NCBI GenBank assembly: GCA_964016885.1
Contig: OZ024743.1
Span: 148,366,001 to 148,430,000, forward strand
Length of the DNA stretch: 64,000 nucleotides
Reading direction: 5' to 3'
Origin: Eledone cirrhosa
Taxonomy: Eukaryota
Numbering within the stretch: position 1 is the stretch's first letter; each line of letters starts with the position of its first letter. The position numbers and the translations under genes were made by a program. Positions 26,576 through 42,591 of this stretch are shown piece by piece. A model generated the notes under the pieces. That model had not been told where the DNA came from. It worked only from the letters and a program-made list of their open reading frames with translations, and made no database searches.

Positions 26576-28542
26576 CTTCCTCTCTCTGGAAGAAATCTGG
26601 TATACTCAGGACTGGAGAGGGATGGGCTCTGCCAGGCTTTAAAAAAATGCCAAAGAAAAACATATGTCAATATGGCTTCCCTATGGCTCTATCAGGAGTT
26701 ACGGGACCAAACCATGACCTATATATATTTATAATTCAGGGTGGATTCCGTTAGAAACTGGTTAAACCATTACTCACCAGAGTACTGGATATTTGGGGTA
26801 CTAGAGTATGTTTATATTATAAAGATTTTGGACCCAAATAGCTGAGCTCTTGCTATTTCAACAGCTTGTTCCAGACTATGTCTGTTGAATGAATGGATGT
26901 ATTTATGTATGTAAGTGATTAACTTGCAGTGATGTTAGAAAATGTATCAAAATACATCTTATTGGATATTAACTCAAGAATTCATTAAATGACCTCCCTC
27001 AATATGTACACACACTGTGACATATGAAGAAATGCAAGTGGTTTTCCAGAGGGTTCAATGATGAATCTTCCAACTATTCAATCAACAGCTTGAAGTGGAA
27101 GGATATTCCACAGATACATGTAAATTCAACATAATCCTCTATCTGAAAATATATGAAATGATGTGTGACATATCTGGCTATTGAAATTGCAGGATAGTCT
27201 AGCCTAAAGGTTTCCAGAATATACAGCTAGCAAAAACAATTTTGAGAAATTGAATCAATTCAATGTGATGGCAAAACATTCTTTCCCAGGATTCCATGCG
27301 ATGAGAAAAAACTTGTGATCACATGATAATAAAACAAACATTTTAATCACTCAGCTATGTCTCAATGCACAGACACACTCATATATATTAGGTGTCATGA
27401 CTAAAAGAACCCAGCCCACACTGTAAAGTGGCTCTGTAGGATTCATGACAAAAAGCATCCAGCACACACTATGTGGTTGGCATTAGGAAGGGCATCCAGC
27501 TGTAGAAATCTAGCCAGGCATGGTCACTTGACGCAACTTGCCTCTAATGGGACAACCTATCTAACCCATGCTAGCATGGAATATGGACGTTAAATGAAGA
27601 TGATGATATATATATATACACATACATATACAGATGCACATACATTTATTCAAACAAGAAAACCTGTGTTATTTGTTGATTGCTAGACAAAACAATTAGA
27701 ATCACTCTGCCGCTTACTAAATATGTGTGATTTTTGCTTTATTTTATCTTTTATGACCCTCTCATGCTTATAATGCAGCAAATGTGTTAATATGATTTCT
27801 TAAATCCCTCCTGTTTCCAGTTCTCTTTTTTAGCAAAACATTCTTTTTTTACTTTATGTATTTTTTCCTCCATCCATCTAGTTAGCCAATCATCCAGCAG
27901 CTAAACAAACTACCCCTACCACCCATCACCACTAAACAACCACATCTCACAACTTTCAACAGCGTCATTGCAAAATGTGTTTTATATTGAGTTCTCAATA
28001 AATTATGAATTTACATCAAATTTCCAACGATGAAGAGAGGCTGGAGATTGTTTTGTTTATTTTTGTTTCCTTAATGAAAGTAAATAGAAATATTAAATGT
28101 CATAAATGAGGAATAAATCGTAATCGAATTGAATTCAGAGTTTTATTGTAAAGATTTGGATTTATAGGTGTTCATTCATTCACAGTCGTTTCAGACAGTC
28201 TCAGCATATTATCTACTGTGGAGAATGGTAATGAGAGGGTCCATACTGTCATTGCAAGATATATATAACAGTGTGAGAATGTGAGTGGTTGTGTGCATCT
28301 GTGCATGTGTGTATGCTTGTGAGTGTGTGTAGGAGTGTGGTAAACATTGTTTTGTGGGAGCTTATATACGTGTATCAAGGAAAATGGGCATTAAATGATG
28401 ATAATGATATATATGTGTATATATCATTTTATATTTAAAGGGACAGCTTTCCCCCTCTCTCTCTCTCTCTCTCTCAAACACACACACACATATATGTATC
28501 ATCATTATCACCGTTTAATATCCATATTAGCATGGGTATATA

Positions 28543-28576
<34 letters not shown>

Positions 28577-29485
28577 CGAGTACATATAAGCAATACATAT
28601 ATGCAATGTATATATGTATATATATAAATATATACATATACACATATATGCAATACATATATGCAATATATATATATATATGTATATATATAAATATATG
28701 CATATACACATATATGCAATATATATATACATACATATACATTTATAGATATATTTATATCTACATAGACACACTAATATTTGAATCTCTTTTCGTAATA
28801 TATTTGCACAAGTCTGATTGCATGTGTGTTTGCATTTGTCTAAAATGACATCCATTCATCATCACCTCTCTCATACACACAAACATGCCGTTTACCCAAT
28901 GCTTTAATTTATATGTACACACACACACACACACACAAATGCACACACATGTTTGCACCAGTTCACTATATCTATCCCTACATTGCATTACCCATTTCCA
29001 GTGCTTATGGTTAAATATATTGTTGTTGTTGCTGCTGCTGCTGTTCTCTATTTATTTATTATTATATTTTACTCCAATTCATCCAATGATAAAAAAATTA
29101 CTTTTCAGATTCACAATAGATGATTTGCCAATTTATTTCTCCTATGATTTACAAGGAACTACCATAAGTCCTTCTTTTAATGATAGTTTTATGCTATTGT
29201 AACTATTCTGTTTACATGTAGCCCAAAATCCATCAAATAATTTTGGTTGGAAAAATAGCATTAAATCTTTTTCAATTGAAAATGGTTTATTGTATAGTTT
29301 GATATTCTTCTAAGATAAGATATTATATGACTTGATGCCAGTAAATATGTATCTAAGATAACCAACCAGCCTACTACTACAGTGAAAGAAATATAAAAGA
29401 ATGCCTTAAAACATAAAATTAAATAATTTCTATGTATGTATGTGTGCATACACACACATACATACATATATGTGTGCATACACAC

Positions 29486-29519
<34 letters not shown>

Positions 29520-29605
29520 ATATATGTGTGTATGTGTGTGTATATATGTGTGTATGTGTGGTGTGTGTGTGTGTGTATATATATATATACATATATATAT
29601 ATATT

Positions 29606-30080
<475 letters not shown>

Positions 30081-30124
30081 ATATATATATATATATATAT
30101 TATCCTATATATATATATATAGAC

Positions 30125-30161
<37 letters not shown>

Positions 30162-30312
30162 TATATATATATATACAGAAATATATATATATATACAGAA
30201 ATATATATATATATATATATACAGAAATATATATATATATATATACAAAAATATATATATACAGAAATATATATATACAGAAATATATATATATATATAT
30301 ATATATCCAGAA

Positions 30313-30343
<31 letters not shown>

Positions 30344-31307
30344 TATGTGTGTGATACATGTGTGTCATAATAATGATAATCATAAATACAAATATCAAAA
30401 TAATATTTGTAAAAGTAACAATGAAAAATATAAAAGATAAATGAAAAATAATAAATTGCATTATATATATTTTTTCATTAACAAATTACTATTTACAAAA
30501 TTAATTTATTTGTCAGTCTCATTTACATTTGATATATAAGTATTTTGAATTTAACACGATAGTATACATGTGACATTTCACAAATTTCAACCAGATATAT
30601 ATTTCTCAGAGAAAATTTACTAAAGTTTGGAGACAGTTTATTTTAAAAAAATTTCAAGTATAAATTATATGACATCGATATTACTATTATTATTATTATT
30701 ATTATTATTATAAAAAACAAAATTAATCTTCAATTACAAAGAAATCTGATTGGTTTCTGAGTGAATGGTTTATAAAATATGATGGGCAATATTCTAATCC
30801 ATTATAATACATTAGCTAATATGAGTCATTAGGACAGTTAAAACTATTTGCTCATAAATTCATTGCTTTGCTTTGCCTGATCATCAGATATGAGATGAGA
30901 ACAGATATTGGTAAAAAAAAAAAAGAAGAATAACAAAGCAGGGGAAAATAACCGAAAATAATAGTCAAATGTTCCTTAATTTACTACTACTTGGTAGCTG
31001 ATTGATGGAAGTAATACACTGAAGAGATGATAAAGAAGGAAAAAAATATATAAAGTAAGAATTAATAAGAAAAGAGCTGATAGCATATTGGAGAGATTGT
31101 GTCACTGTGTGTGATTAGATATAGTGAGTTGTGTACATTTCTGAATGTATGTGTGTGTGTGTGTGTCTTTACAAATAATAGAGGGTTTGGCATGGGAGAT
31201 TAATTTAGAAATAGCAAATTATAACCCATAATGTTCAAATATAGACATAATCTACACACCATATATACATCCACCTATAATTATGCGTAAATAATTTCAT
31301 ATGCATG

Positions 31308-31349
<42 letters not shown>

Positions 31350-31600
31350 GATATATTATAATATAAATATATATTCATATAAATATATTATACATATAAA
31401 TATATATACATATAACATATATTAGTGTTGGGAGGGTCTATCAAACAAATATAGGGAGGAGAACAATTTATGCATAGAACAGAGCTAAAATCATAATATA
31501 CATAATATATATATACATATATATATATAATATATATATTATAATATATATATAATATATATATATATAATATATATATATAATATATATATATATATAA

Positions 31601-31866
31601 TCATCATCATTATTATTTCACGTCTGCTTTTCCCTGCTTGCAAGGGTGGGACGGGAACTGATTCTGGCTTGATTTCTACAGATGGATGCCCTTCCTAACA
31701 CCAACCTCATTTACAGTGAGTGCTGGGTGCTTTTTTGCCGTGGCACCTCTACGATCACTTTGCAGTGGAATGATAGAGACCCCAGTCCCTATCATCTCAT
31801 TTCAACAGATGAGTAAACTGGAGCAATGTGAAATAAAGTGTCTTGCTCAAGGAAACAACACATCAC
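31601..31866 (-). mobile_element. 5'-truncated copy of the RTE-tailed SINE
   Basis: Reverse complement of the 29725/46820 body. Confidence 0.85.
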
Positions 31867-32044
31867 ATATATGTAGAGGTTATATTTAATTTGTTGGGAT
31901 ACAACAAGCAAAATATTTTTATAACTGATATAAAGCACTCAACAAATTATTGAAGTAAAAATACAATATCCAGGAGATTCCAACCAGAATGGTTGCATTT
32001 TTTAAGGGTATGTCAATATTTATTTATAAAACTAACCTATATTA

Positions 32045-32110
32045 TATTTTATCTGATGAAAGCGCACCATAGTTTGCTCTGGTGGCCCTTGAAATATGTA
32101 TAATGAAATA
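32045..32110 (+). ncRNA. Complete minimal type I hammerhead ribozyme
   Basis: Helix I TATTTTAT/ATGAAATA; CTGATGA 32053-32059; helix II AAG..CACCA/TGGTG..CTT; GAAA 32091-32094; T-ATGT-A; ATA triplet. Confidence 0.8.
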
Positions 32111-32409
32111 AATATGGTTTTATAAATATAGTTTCCATTTGTTAATATATTGTATATATATATATATATGTATGTATATAAACAAAATCACATGCTCATG
32201 TTATACCAAGCAATTTGTCTTTTGTCTAATACTTGTTGTTTATATATGTAGACATTAGCATATATCATACACATGCTGATAAACAAACATATATATGCAT
32301 ACACACACATATACATATATATATATATGCGTGTGTGTGACTATATATATATATAGTCACGCACACACAGACACATATATATATGCACACAGATATAATA
32401 TATATATAT

Positions 32410-32627
32410 ATAGGAACCAGTAGGACGCCGACGGCTGAGCTCAGGCCGTTTCGACGGCTAATTCTGGACGAAAAAAAAAAAAATTTTTATTTAGCCCAGA
32501 ATTATCCAGCGCAACGGCTTGAGCTCAGCTGCGGGGTCCTACTCGTTCCTATTACCCACTCTACTACCCTAAGTATTGAGTACTTTGGTGCGTTATGGTC
32601 CACCTGGTTCCTTACCACATTTCCTTC

Positions 32628-32631
<4 letters not shown>
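32410..32631 (+). mobile_element. Foldback element, 5940 family
   Basis: Inverted arms around an A/T-run loop; tail nearly identical to 6069-6147. Confidence 0.85.
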
Positions 32632-32674
<43 letters not shown>

Positions 32675-32722
32675 CAAAATAACAGGAGGCATGTTCTGGT
32701 GTAAATCCTTGAAAGGTTTATT

Positions 32723-32780
32723 TTACTATGATCATTTCAATGACCGGGTTCAGTATGAATCCGGTGACATCCTCAGGTAA
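32723..32780 (-). ncRNA. Complete type I hammerhead ribozyme
   Basis: Minus strand: TTAC-CTGAGGA-TGTCACCGGATTC..GAACCCGGTCATT-GAAA-TGATCA-TA-GTAA. Confidence 0.8.
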
Positions 32781-32904
32781 TTCAAAATATAACGAAGGAA
32801 TATATTAGAAAAAAATCTTCAGTGTTTAAATCTGACAACAAGAGGGCGGCCGGTATTTTAGCGACTGGGATCGACGTCAACCGCCCTCGAGTATATATAT
32901 ATCA

Positions 32905-33730
32905 TTATCTTCCTCATCATCATTTCCTGTCTGCTTTTCCATGCGTGGATGAATTTGACAGGTCCTTTTCAGCACATCTTCACTCCACTTGTCCTGTGTT
33001 ACATTTACCATGAGTTTCATTGATTTGAAAACAGTTCTCACAAATTCCAGTCACATCTTCCTTGGTCTCACTCTACTGTGGCATCTTTCCACTGGGATTT
33101 CTTGGCTCTTTTTGACCCAGTAATCGTCATCCATGCACATCACATGTCCATACCAGTGCCATCTTCTCTCTTACACACAACATTTGATTCCTCTTATATT
33201 CACTTTCTCTCTCAGTTCATTCATGCTTTGTCATTCATGCACATTAAACTTGCTCATCCATCGAAGCATGCTCTCCTCATTTCTTTCCAGCCTTCACATA
33301 TCCTCTGCAGTCACTGCCTATATTTCATTTCCATGCAACATTGAACATCACAAACAAGTATCATGCAGCTGACATTTCATTTGAAGGGAAAAATTGTTTG
33401 TTGACAACAGAAGTAGCTCTGTATACTTCTTACATCTGGTTCTTATTCAACCTTCTATTTAATCATCTAGATTGAAGAAGCTATCAATCTCTTCTATGGA
33501 TTGTACTTGAATTTGTAAAAGATGTATATTACTGTCACTTAATCACTTACTATCAATTTTCCATTAGCATCTATTACATACACACACTTCCTGTTAGACT
33601 TGTTGCTATTCCACAATCCCTCTTGTGTACCCAAGATTTGCATTGGCACACAATACAGAGTTTCTACCTACTTTTTTCTGCATATTGAGCAAGGCCTTTA
33701 TAGAATCAGGGCCTAGTCTTCTTTCCTACT
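32905..33730 (-). mobile_element. Old degenerate RTE LINE 3' fragment
   Basis: Homologous to the RTE C-terminus and PHD region ('ctcttgtgtacccaagat'); (GAT)-like tail. Confidence 0.75.
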
Positions 33731-33770
33731 TTGGTTTATTCCCTCCAATTTTGATTCTATACACATAGAT

Positions 33771-33809
<39 letters not shown>

Positions 33810-34053
33810 CATATGTGTGTGGTGTATGTGTGTGTGTATATGTACATATGTGGGGGTGGGGGCAACATGGAGTGGGCTCATGAAAGAAAGTACTTCAAAT
33901 ATGAAGAACTAAAGGAGTTGGGTGATGGAAAAATATTACATTGCACATTGCTTCCAGTAAAGATGGGATGTTGTTGATTTGTGACTAGATCCCTCATGAC
34001 CTTCCTGGCTAACATTTGATTTGAAAGAGTGAATAGAGGGGTGATTCAAGAAT

Positions 34054-34112
<59 letters not shown>

Positions 34113-34469
34113 GAAAATATCTATTTATGCATATGGCAAAAACATTTACATGAAAAACTAGTGCTAAGAACAAAGAAAACACCCTCAGCAAAGAGTAGAA
34201 ATTATAATGCCTGCATAATGGGAGGGTTACAACAGCATGACAATCCTTGTGATAGCTGTATGCATAATAACAACAATCATGCTACAGAGTTGACCATAAA
34301 TGTCAGATATACCTTGGAAGTATCAATGCTGCTTGGCACCACTGGAGAGGACAATACTGTTGAATATTGAGATCTCTATTCAACAGATAATGAAGTGAAT
34401 ATGCTGCAGTGCAAACTGTATGTAGAAGATATCACCACTATCACTGTTTTATGTTTGCTTTCTCATGTA

Positions 34470-35330
34470 TACATGGTTTCGATGGGTTTTTTCCAGAACA
34501 GCCTCTCTTTATTCATCTCAATCCTTCGTCATCTTCTCTGTGAGATTCAGGGATTTGAAATCAGCACAGATGACTGCTGTCCATTCTTTTAGGTCTCCTC
34601 CTAGGATGTCTTGGCACTTCTTCACCCAACAATCATCATCCAGTTGCATCCCATGGCCATACCAGTGCAGTCTTCTCTCCTGCACATTACATCTGATTCC
34701 TCTTATATCCAGCCTCTCTCTCAACTCATCTATACTTTGCCTTTCATGACCATTAATATTGCACATACACTGGATCATGCTTGATTCATTTCTCTCCAGA
34801 TTCACTGTGCATGTCTCATGACCATGCAGCATCACACTTTGTAACAAAAGTCGATCTTTCTTTCATAGGGGAAAACCTTTAGCTGTCAACAAAGATAGTG
34901 GCTCTTTGAACTTTTTCCATTCTGTAATTGCTATAGCTATTATGATCTCGCTGCAGCCCCCCACCCCAACACACACCTAATTTGATCACCCCAAGACACT
35001 AATTTGATCACCCAAGCTACAGAAGCTATCAGCTATTTCTCTGGAGTCTTCCTGGGATTGGAAAACATCTATTTTACTGGTGTGCTTACTACTAACTATT
35101 ACTGTGCATCTGCCACATACAAAGTTTACCTTTTCTGTTTGTTTGCTTACTATCCCATTATACCTATTGTGTATCAAACATTTGCCTTTCTTACAGCATA
35201 TAAAGTTATTGCATATGCGTCTCAACATATGTAGCAGGGCCACCTTCCTGGTGGGATCAAGGTCTTATTCTTTTTTTTCTGCTTTCCAAAACTTTAGTTT
35301 TTCACAAGTTTACTCCTAGCTCTTTTGATT
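34470..35330 (-). mobile_element. Old degenerate RTE LINE fragment
   Basis: MLHGHET..LERNESSM..RGIRCNVQERRLHWYGH; CCKKGKCLIHNR..VCGRC. Confidence 0.85.
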
Positions 35331-36401
35331 CTATACACATGTATTTGTCATCATCATCATCGATTTTATATCCCTTTTTCCAAGCCTGCATAGGTTGGAT
35401 GGTGTAAAATGTATTGATTGACTCACTAACCTACTTACTTTTGTCATATTATTATTATTATTAGTAAGTTTGATCATTTATGCACATGGCCATGTATACA
35501 TGCAAATATATATTTTGATTTAGAAAGGCCTATTTGTGAGTACATGTCCATATATGTGTTGTATGCAGTTGTGTGGGTGTTCTGAAAAAGATTGTTTTGG
35601 GCATTTATAAAGAATTTATTATGTAAAAAAAGTGATGTTACCTATGGCTACAAGAGTATTTTGTGTATGACATTCGTGTGAATGCCAGTACAAATTAAAG
35701 TTATCCCGCATGTGATAATTAATATCGCCTGTTGATGACAAAGCAGTTTTGTAAAATGTTAACAAAAGTTTAAGGAATTTTTGTGCGTTTGAAAAGATGA
35801 ATTTGTTGAGGTAATTATTTATAAAATGATCGATTTTCATAAGTCCCACAAAGATGAAAGAATTGTAAATAAAATTATGTAAATAGGTGTTTGATAACAT
35901 ATTTTAATGAATAATTTGCTCCACGTGTAATTAATCTAACACTGTAGGAATTCATATATATGTTGTGTTTTTTATCTTATATGTAGCTATGTGTACAGTT
36001 TATTATAAATTACCGTATTTTGAGCTGATATAACTTTTTCACCTACACCTTTGAAGTTTTTATATTTGAAAACAAATTTCTTTATATCATCATCATCATC
36101 ATTTTATATATATATATATACTTAGACATCTAAATGAAAATATAAACATCAAATCAGAGAACCATTTATACGTATGTAATTCAAGCCAAAATCTGTTTCA
36201 TATTTGCTACTAATTGGTTGTTGAGCTGATTTAGACGGGTGTTTGTGTACTATTTCTAGCTTCAGTACAGACCTGTCGTATTATCCTGATATAGAGAGAG
36301 ATTCATGTTCATTTAGTAGTTGAATAACGCATATGTTGAATGTGCCATGTTGTTTCAATTGTTTGAACTCTGTCTGTTGAATATTTTCTCAACTTCCAAA
36401 G

Positions 36402-36495
36402 AATACCCCTGATGATGGAATTCCTTCCAATATTGGTTGTCTAAAATTTATTGAGATAATTGATATTGTTTCATAATCCCAGAAACTGCAGCTTG
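36402..36495 (+). ncRNA. Degenerate hammerhead with 66-nt helix II
   Basis: CTGATGA 36409-36415; TGGAATT/AATCCCA; GAAA 36482-36485; palindromic CTGCAG; cleavage triplet and helix I mutated. Confidence 0.55.
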
Positions 36496-36636
36496 TTTAG
36501 CATATATTCCCCCGAAATTGAGATTTGGAGTTAAGTTAAATATCTTTAAATGAAGTGCCACTCTGATTTGGTGTTTATGTTTTCATTGCGATATCTAAGT
36601 ATATTAGAGACAAATAACTTTCTATATTACAAACAA

Positions 36637-36667
<31 letters not shown>

Positions 36668-37692
36668 TATATATATATATCATATAACATTTAGCGTAAT
36701 GGTCTTGAAATGAAGAGAAATGATGTTAAGTAAGGAAGAAAAATGAAAATAGCCTCCCCATAAACCTCATGCTGAATCTAACTTTCCCAGGATCTGTGCC
36801 ATTCTTACATTGTTCTCATTTGAATTAACATATGTTGATATGGACAATAATGTTATTAAGATTAGTGAGATGTTAAAAAGAATACTTTGCTTAGAAGATT
36901 TGTATTGAAGCATGTCCCCAAAAAACTGACATTTTGATGATGGCAATGGCGGCGGCGACGTCGAGAAGGAGGAAGAGGAGGTGGAGGAATACTAGGAGGA
37001 GGAGGGAAGACAAAGAAAGAGAGGGGGAAGAGGAGGAGGGGTGATAAAGAGATGGAGGGGAAGCGTCCTGAAGATGAGGATGATCTTAATGCTTGAACTA
37101 TCTTGATATCAAAGATAATCATGTTTATATGAAATGTTGTGGTGATATCGATGATAATGGAGACAAGGACAAGGATAATGATGATGATAATCATCAATAA
37201 GATACATATTTTCATAAATTAATTAAAAGTGGAGACCATCCATGAAACGTTCACGCCTTCTCAGATAATAGGAATAATGATGATGATGATGTTCATGATC
37301 AGAATGTTCAAGCTGATAAAAATGACGATGATGATGAACGCTTTAATCATAATGATCATGTAGATAATCATCATCATTATCAATATGATATTAATCATCA
37401 TGATTTTTTATTACATAGATGAACATGCTGATAGTTAAAACATTAAGTAAAATGAAATCTTTAATATTGAACGAGCTCAGTGTCATGCCACCACCTAAAT
37501 TCCAATCTGAGTGCAATGTGTCATATAAACACAGGTTTATATGTCAGCCCTTTCAGTAAAAGCAGCAGAGAATATTTAAAAAAATATATTAAGAGTTTAG
37601 AATATTTTTTTAATATTTACAGTGAAGATACTGTAAATGTCAATTAGAACTGTAACATTAGGTTCATGTATGTTCTCTTGCCATGCCTCCCC

Positions 37693-37841
<149 letters not shown>

Positions 37842-37903
37842 ACACAATGAGAGGAAGACAGATACAATTAGATAGACATGCACAAATATATATATATATA
37901 TAT

Positions 37904-38220
37904 CGGAAAATAATCAGGACGTCGATGGCTGAGCTTTGGATGTTTCGACAGCTAGATCTGAACTGTTTATGTATGGTGGGTTAAAAATCTAATAAGGAAC
38001 AGGAGCTTGGTAGTAGTGCTGGGATTTAAGTGTGGTATGAGTCGAAGAGTGCTCCACTACAGAGGTAGGAGCTAAAGAATAAAGAGGCTGTGGTAAGATA
38101 CTGGTGGACCATAACGCACCAGAGTACTCAATACTTAGGGTAGTAGAGTGGGTAATAGGAAAAGAGTCAGGACCCCGATGGCTGAGTTCCAGCCATTTCA
38201 ACAGCCAGATCCAAACTCTA
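37904..38220 (-). mobile_element. Diverged 5940-family element: about 255-bp monomer with terminal direct repeat
   Basis: 'ggaaaa..tcaggac..cgatggctgag..tttc.acagc' at about 37905 and 38158, with the family tail in between. Confidence 0.7.
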
Positions 38221-38989
38221 TATTTATAAATATGAAGTGAAGTCTATAGGTTGTGGTAAATTTTAACATGATTACCAAAATACTAATTTAACAACTAATT
38301 TTTCTTCAGTTCACAAAAATAAAATAATTGTTTCTACTTTAGGCACAAGGCCAGCAGTTACCCAGTACATTACTGGTACTTTATTTTATCGACCCCGTAA
38401 GGATGAAAGGCAAAGTCAACCTCGGTGGGATTTGAACTCAGATTGTAAAGGGACGTTACTATGCTGGAAAGCATGGCGTCCGACTCTCTACCGATAATAA
38501 TACAATTAAAAATGTTCAATGTGATACAATTGTTAAATCTGTCTCTGTGTACATGGCGCAGTCTGTTTTATATCATCAGAATAAAATACTTTCAAAAAGT
38601 GCAAGGCTTAATCCAAAACAGTGTGTGTGATGGCAAAAATCAAGTAGTAGCCGTAAATGTTTGCGTGCAAATAGAATAGGCAAAATGTTACAAAATTGCT
38701 AGACCGAAAATCCCAGCTTAATAGTTCGTTATTTAGAACTGTCTAATTTTGGATCCGTTATTCATCCAGAGGGGTACATTATGTCTCTGGGGTCATAAGT
38801 CAGTGCCCTGGTGGTTTTAGCCTTCAGAAAATCACTGTGGGAAATTTTTAGTAGATCCTATCCAAATTGAAACCTCTGCTTTCCGAAAAGGTAGTGAAAG
38901 AGAGAGATAACCTCAGACATAACCTCCATACTTCTTCAGTTGGAATAAACAGAAAGATAGACAAATAATAGATGTGATGGGTTATCTTA

Positions 38990-39400
38990 ACTGAAATATT
39001 GGGTATAACGATATGGCCAGTTCACCCAGATCTAGTGTTTGTTGCTGACATACAATTATGACTACTGGTGGGTGGGAGCACTGATGTTTGGTTAACTATG
39101 TTTGACGGTGAGGGTGCTTCCAAATCCACATGGGCTCTTTTAAAACAGTCGACACTAACAGCATCCCTCTTTCCCTGTTAAAAAGGAAATGCTTGGGTGT
39201 TCTTTTGAGTACTTGGTACAATCCAGAGTATGGTGATTGCAAAGGACCTCTGATAGTCTCCCTTCTAACACAAACCTGTGTCCATGGCTGTATGTTAGAT
39301 GGAACTTGAATAGTGACACCTTGTGGGCAAGGAGCAATAGATGGCAGCTTTGACATATAGGTTCACCGACGATGGATGTAATTTATTCAATCTGTGGGGT
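38990..39400 (-). pseudogene. Gypsy (CsRn1-like) integrase C-terminal fragment
   Basis: VPSNIQPWTQVCVRRETIRGPLQSPYSGLYQVLKR parallels the 42592-43206 peptide [30 protein letters not shown]. Confidence 0.8.
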
Positions 39401-40855
39401 GTCGATAATCATGCCATTTGAGATTTCTTGGTATTACAGTCATATTTATACTTTTATAGAAATTATGTGAGATGTGTGGAATTAGGTCACAAGCTGGGTT
39501 AGTCATGCTATGGTCAAGTTGATAAGCTGACAAGGGAAACTTGCATTGTATTAAGGGAGAGGATGGTGGGGGGAATGGATAATGGTAGATGAATCTTTAA
39601 AGTCTTGGAGTCAGGAGAAAGATAAATTGTAGGGTGGGGATAGAAATGGGTATGGGAAAGAAGTGTGTTGGTAAGACGATGTATATGGTAACATAAGAAT
39701 AAAAGATGGAAGAGATGAGAGGTATAGCTATCTGCTCACACACAGAAGAATAAATTGGTAAATAGATAAAGAGGATTTTTTAAAAGAAATTTAAAAAAGT
39801 ATTATATAGAATTAAATAAATATATAAACGATTAGTAAATAAATGGATAAATAAGATGAAATAAAATTTAAATGCATTCGTGAGTTTAATATCGAATAAT
39901 AATGATAATAATATTTGATTTGTTAGCAAGCAAACAGCCTCATTATATTTTTTAAGTGACTATGACCATCCTTTTGTTCTAGTGGTGATAGAGAGAAACA
40001 AGATATTATGTCTGGGTTATTGCCCTTCGTCAAGATTGTGTAACTATCTTCTGTCACTCAATAGAACTCTTATATAGTATTCTCTAAAATATACGTCGGT
40101 TGATTAACCTAATTTGCATATCAAATTTAAAAAAATAAACGAATAAGTAGATAGATAAATATGTGAATAATAGGGGAGGGTCACTTTTGGTAAAATATAT
40201 TATGTATACATACTACATGCATACACACATGCACCAGACTCACATATATACATGTATATATACATATGCAGATGCACATACATTCACACACACACACATA
40301 TGTGTGTGTGTGTGTGTACATATATATATATACACATGTATATGTATATACTTATGCCACAGAAATCAGGGAGGGGGGGGGGGGGGGGCATAAGAATAAA
40401 AGATGGAAGAGTTGTGGGTAGGGGTGTCTACACACATGCACACACGGAAATTAGAAGGCAAATAGATAAGTTGCTTGTTTAAGGAATATTAAAAAGAATA
40501 ATATAGAAATAAATAAATAAGTAAATTAATAAGTAAGGTAAAATAAAATTAAAAAAATAAATAAATAAGTAGATAGAAAACTAATTAAATAATAGTATTA
40601 GCAAAATAAAATAACAAATTTTGCCACAGGACGACTAGCCAGCTTATGACCTTTTTCCACACATCCCACATAAATTCTAGAAAGTAAAGATAGTACATCC
40701 TTAAAAAGGCTTTCTAAACACAAGCTGAAACAACTTGGCGTCACAGTTGTGTTTAAACCCACTTTGATTCTTTCTTTGCATAGAGTACTCTCTATATAAG
40801 TGGTCTCCTTGGCCCCAGACTCTCTCTCTGTTAATATATATATATATAAGTATGT

Positions 40856-40920
<65 letters not shown>

Positions 40921-40925
40921 TATGT

Positions 40926-40966
<41 letters not shown>

Positions 40967-40971
40967 TATGT

Positions 40972-41032
<61 letters not shown>

Positions 41033-41037
41033 TATGT

Positions 41038-41669
<632 letters not shown>

Positions 41670-42591
41670 TTATCCCCCTGCCAGATCCTTTGTACAACAA
41701 AAGAGCGAAATATCGTATAGTAATGGGCCAGTGGTGTATTTGTCATGACAATAGCCCCAGGAGTGTCCAGCACGTTGTGAAATTTTGTGATCCTCGAGTA
41801 CAGGACAGAGTCGATGTAGAGATGATATGGCAAGATGTGTATGTCAGGAAGAGAAAAAAGAAATAAACTATAAAATGACTTTGACCAGATTTATGCAGGC
41901 GCGATGAATGAGCCTGTTGCAATTTGGGTTGAGCTGCCTGTGAATTGCATGACAAAAAGTCTAACTGGGCACTGAAGATAACTGTAATGTGTGAACTGAA
42001 TGGCCGTAAGCATGCTGCCTAAAAGTAACAGTTTGCTCCACAGCACATGACTTGAGCGAATGCATGTGGTAAAAAAATAGCGAGGCATTCTCGAGCTATT
42101 GAGTGAATGTGTACGTGAAAAAAGAAGGCCAGTGTTTTGAGGATGCGATTTGTGAAATGCGTGATCAAAGAGAAAACATTTTGTAGTATAAAAGTTAGAG
42201 GGACACAAATATCTATTGCTCCGTGTATGAACCAAAAGGTGAAACAAACGTGGTTTTGTAGTGTGCATGAAAAACAGAATATCTACACGCCTTGTATGTA
42301 TATAAAAATTATGGCAATTACACAATCAATGTTACAGAACAAGAAAAATACAAATTTTTGCAAAACAAGCGAGAGAAGTTATACACAATGATATACACAA
42401 TGTTTGTTCTTAAATAGAGTTTGTAATAAATAATGTTCATTATAAATAATGTTCTTCGTGACATGAGCACATGGTCACTAAAAATTGCAATTGTTCAAGC
42501 AGAAAGTTTATTGTATTTGAAACTGGAAATAGTAAACACAAGAAAAATGGAAATGTTTTGTACGAAGACTGATTAAGAAACTCACTTGAGG

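Noticed and set aside
27020-27260. Possible NeSL-like endonuclease relic
   Set aside because: Only vague similarity across frameshifts.
30740-30830. CCAAT and AP-1-like (TGAGTCA) motifs
   Set aside because: Short motifs expected by chance; no linked gene start.
38520-38775. Additional hammerhead-like cores on minus (38573, 38762; also 40026, 53990, and 11782 and 20314 on plus)
   Set aside because: Core nucleotides or helices too degraded to support.
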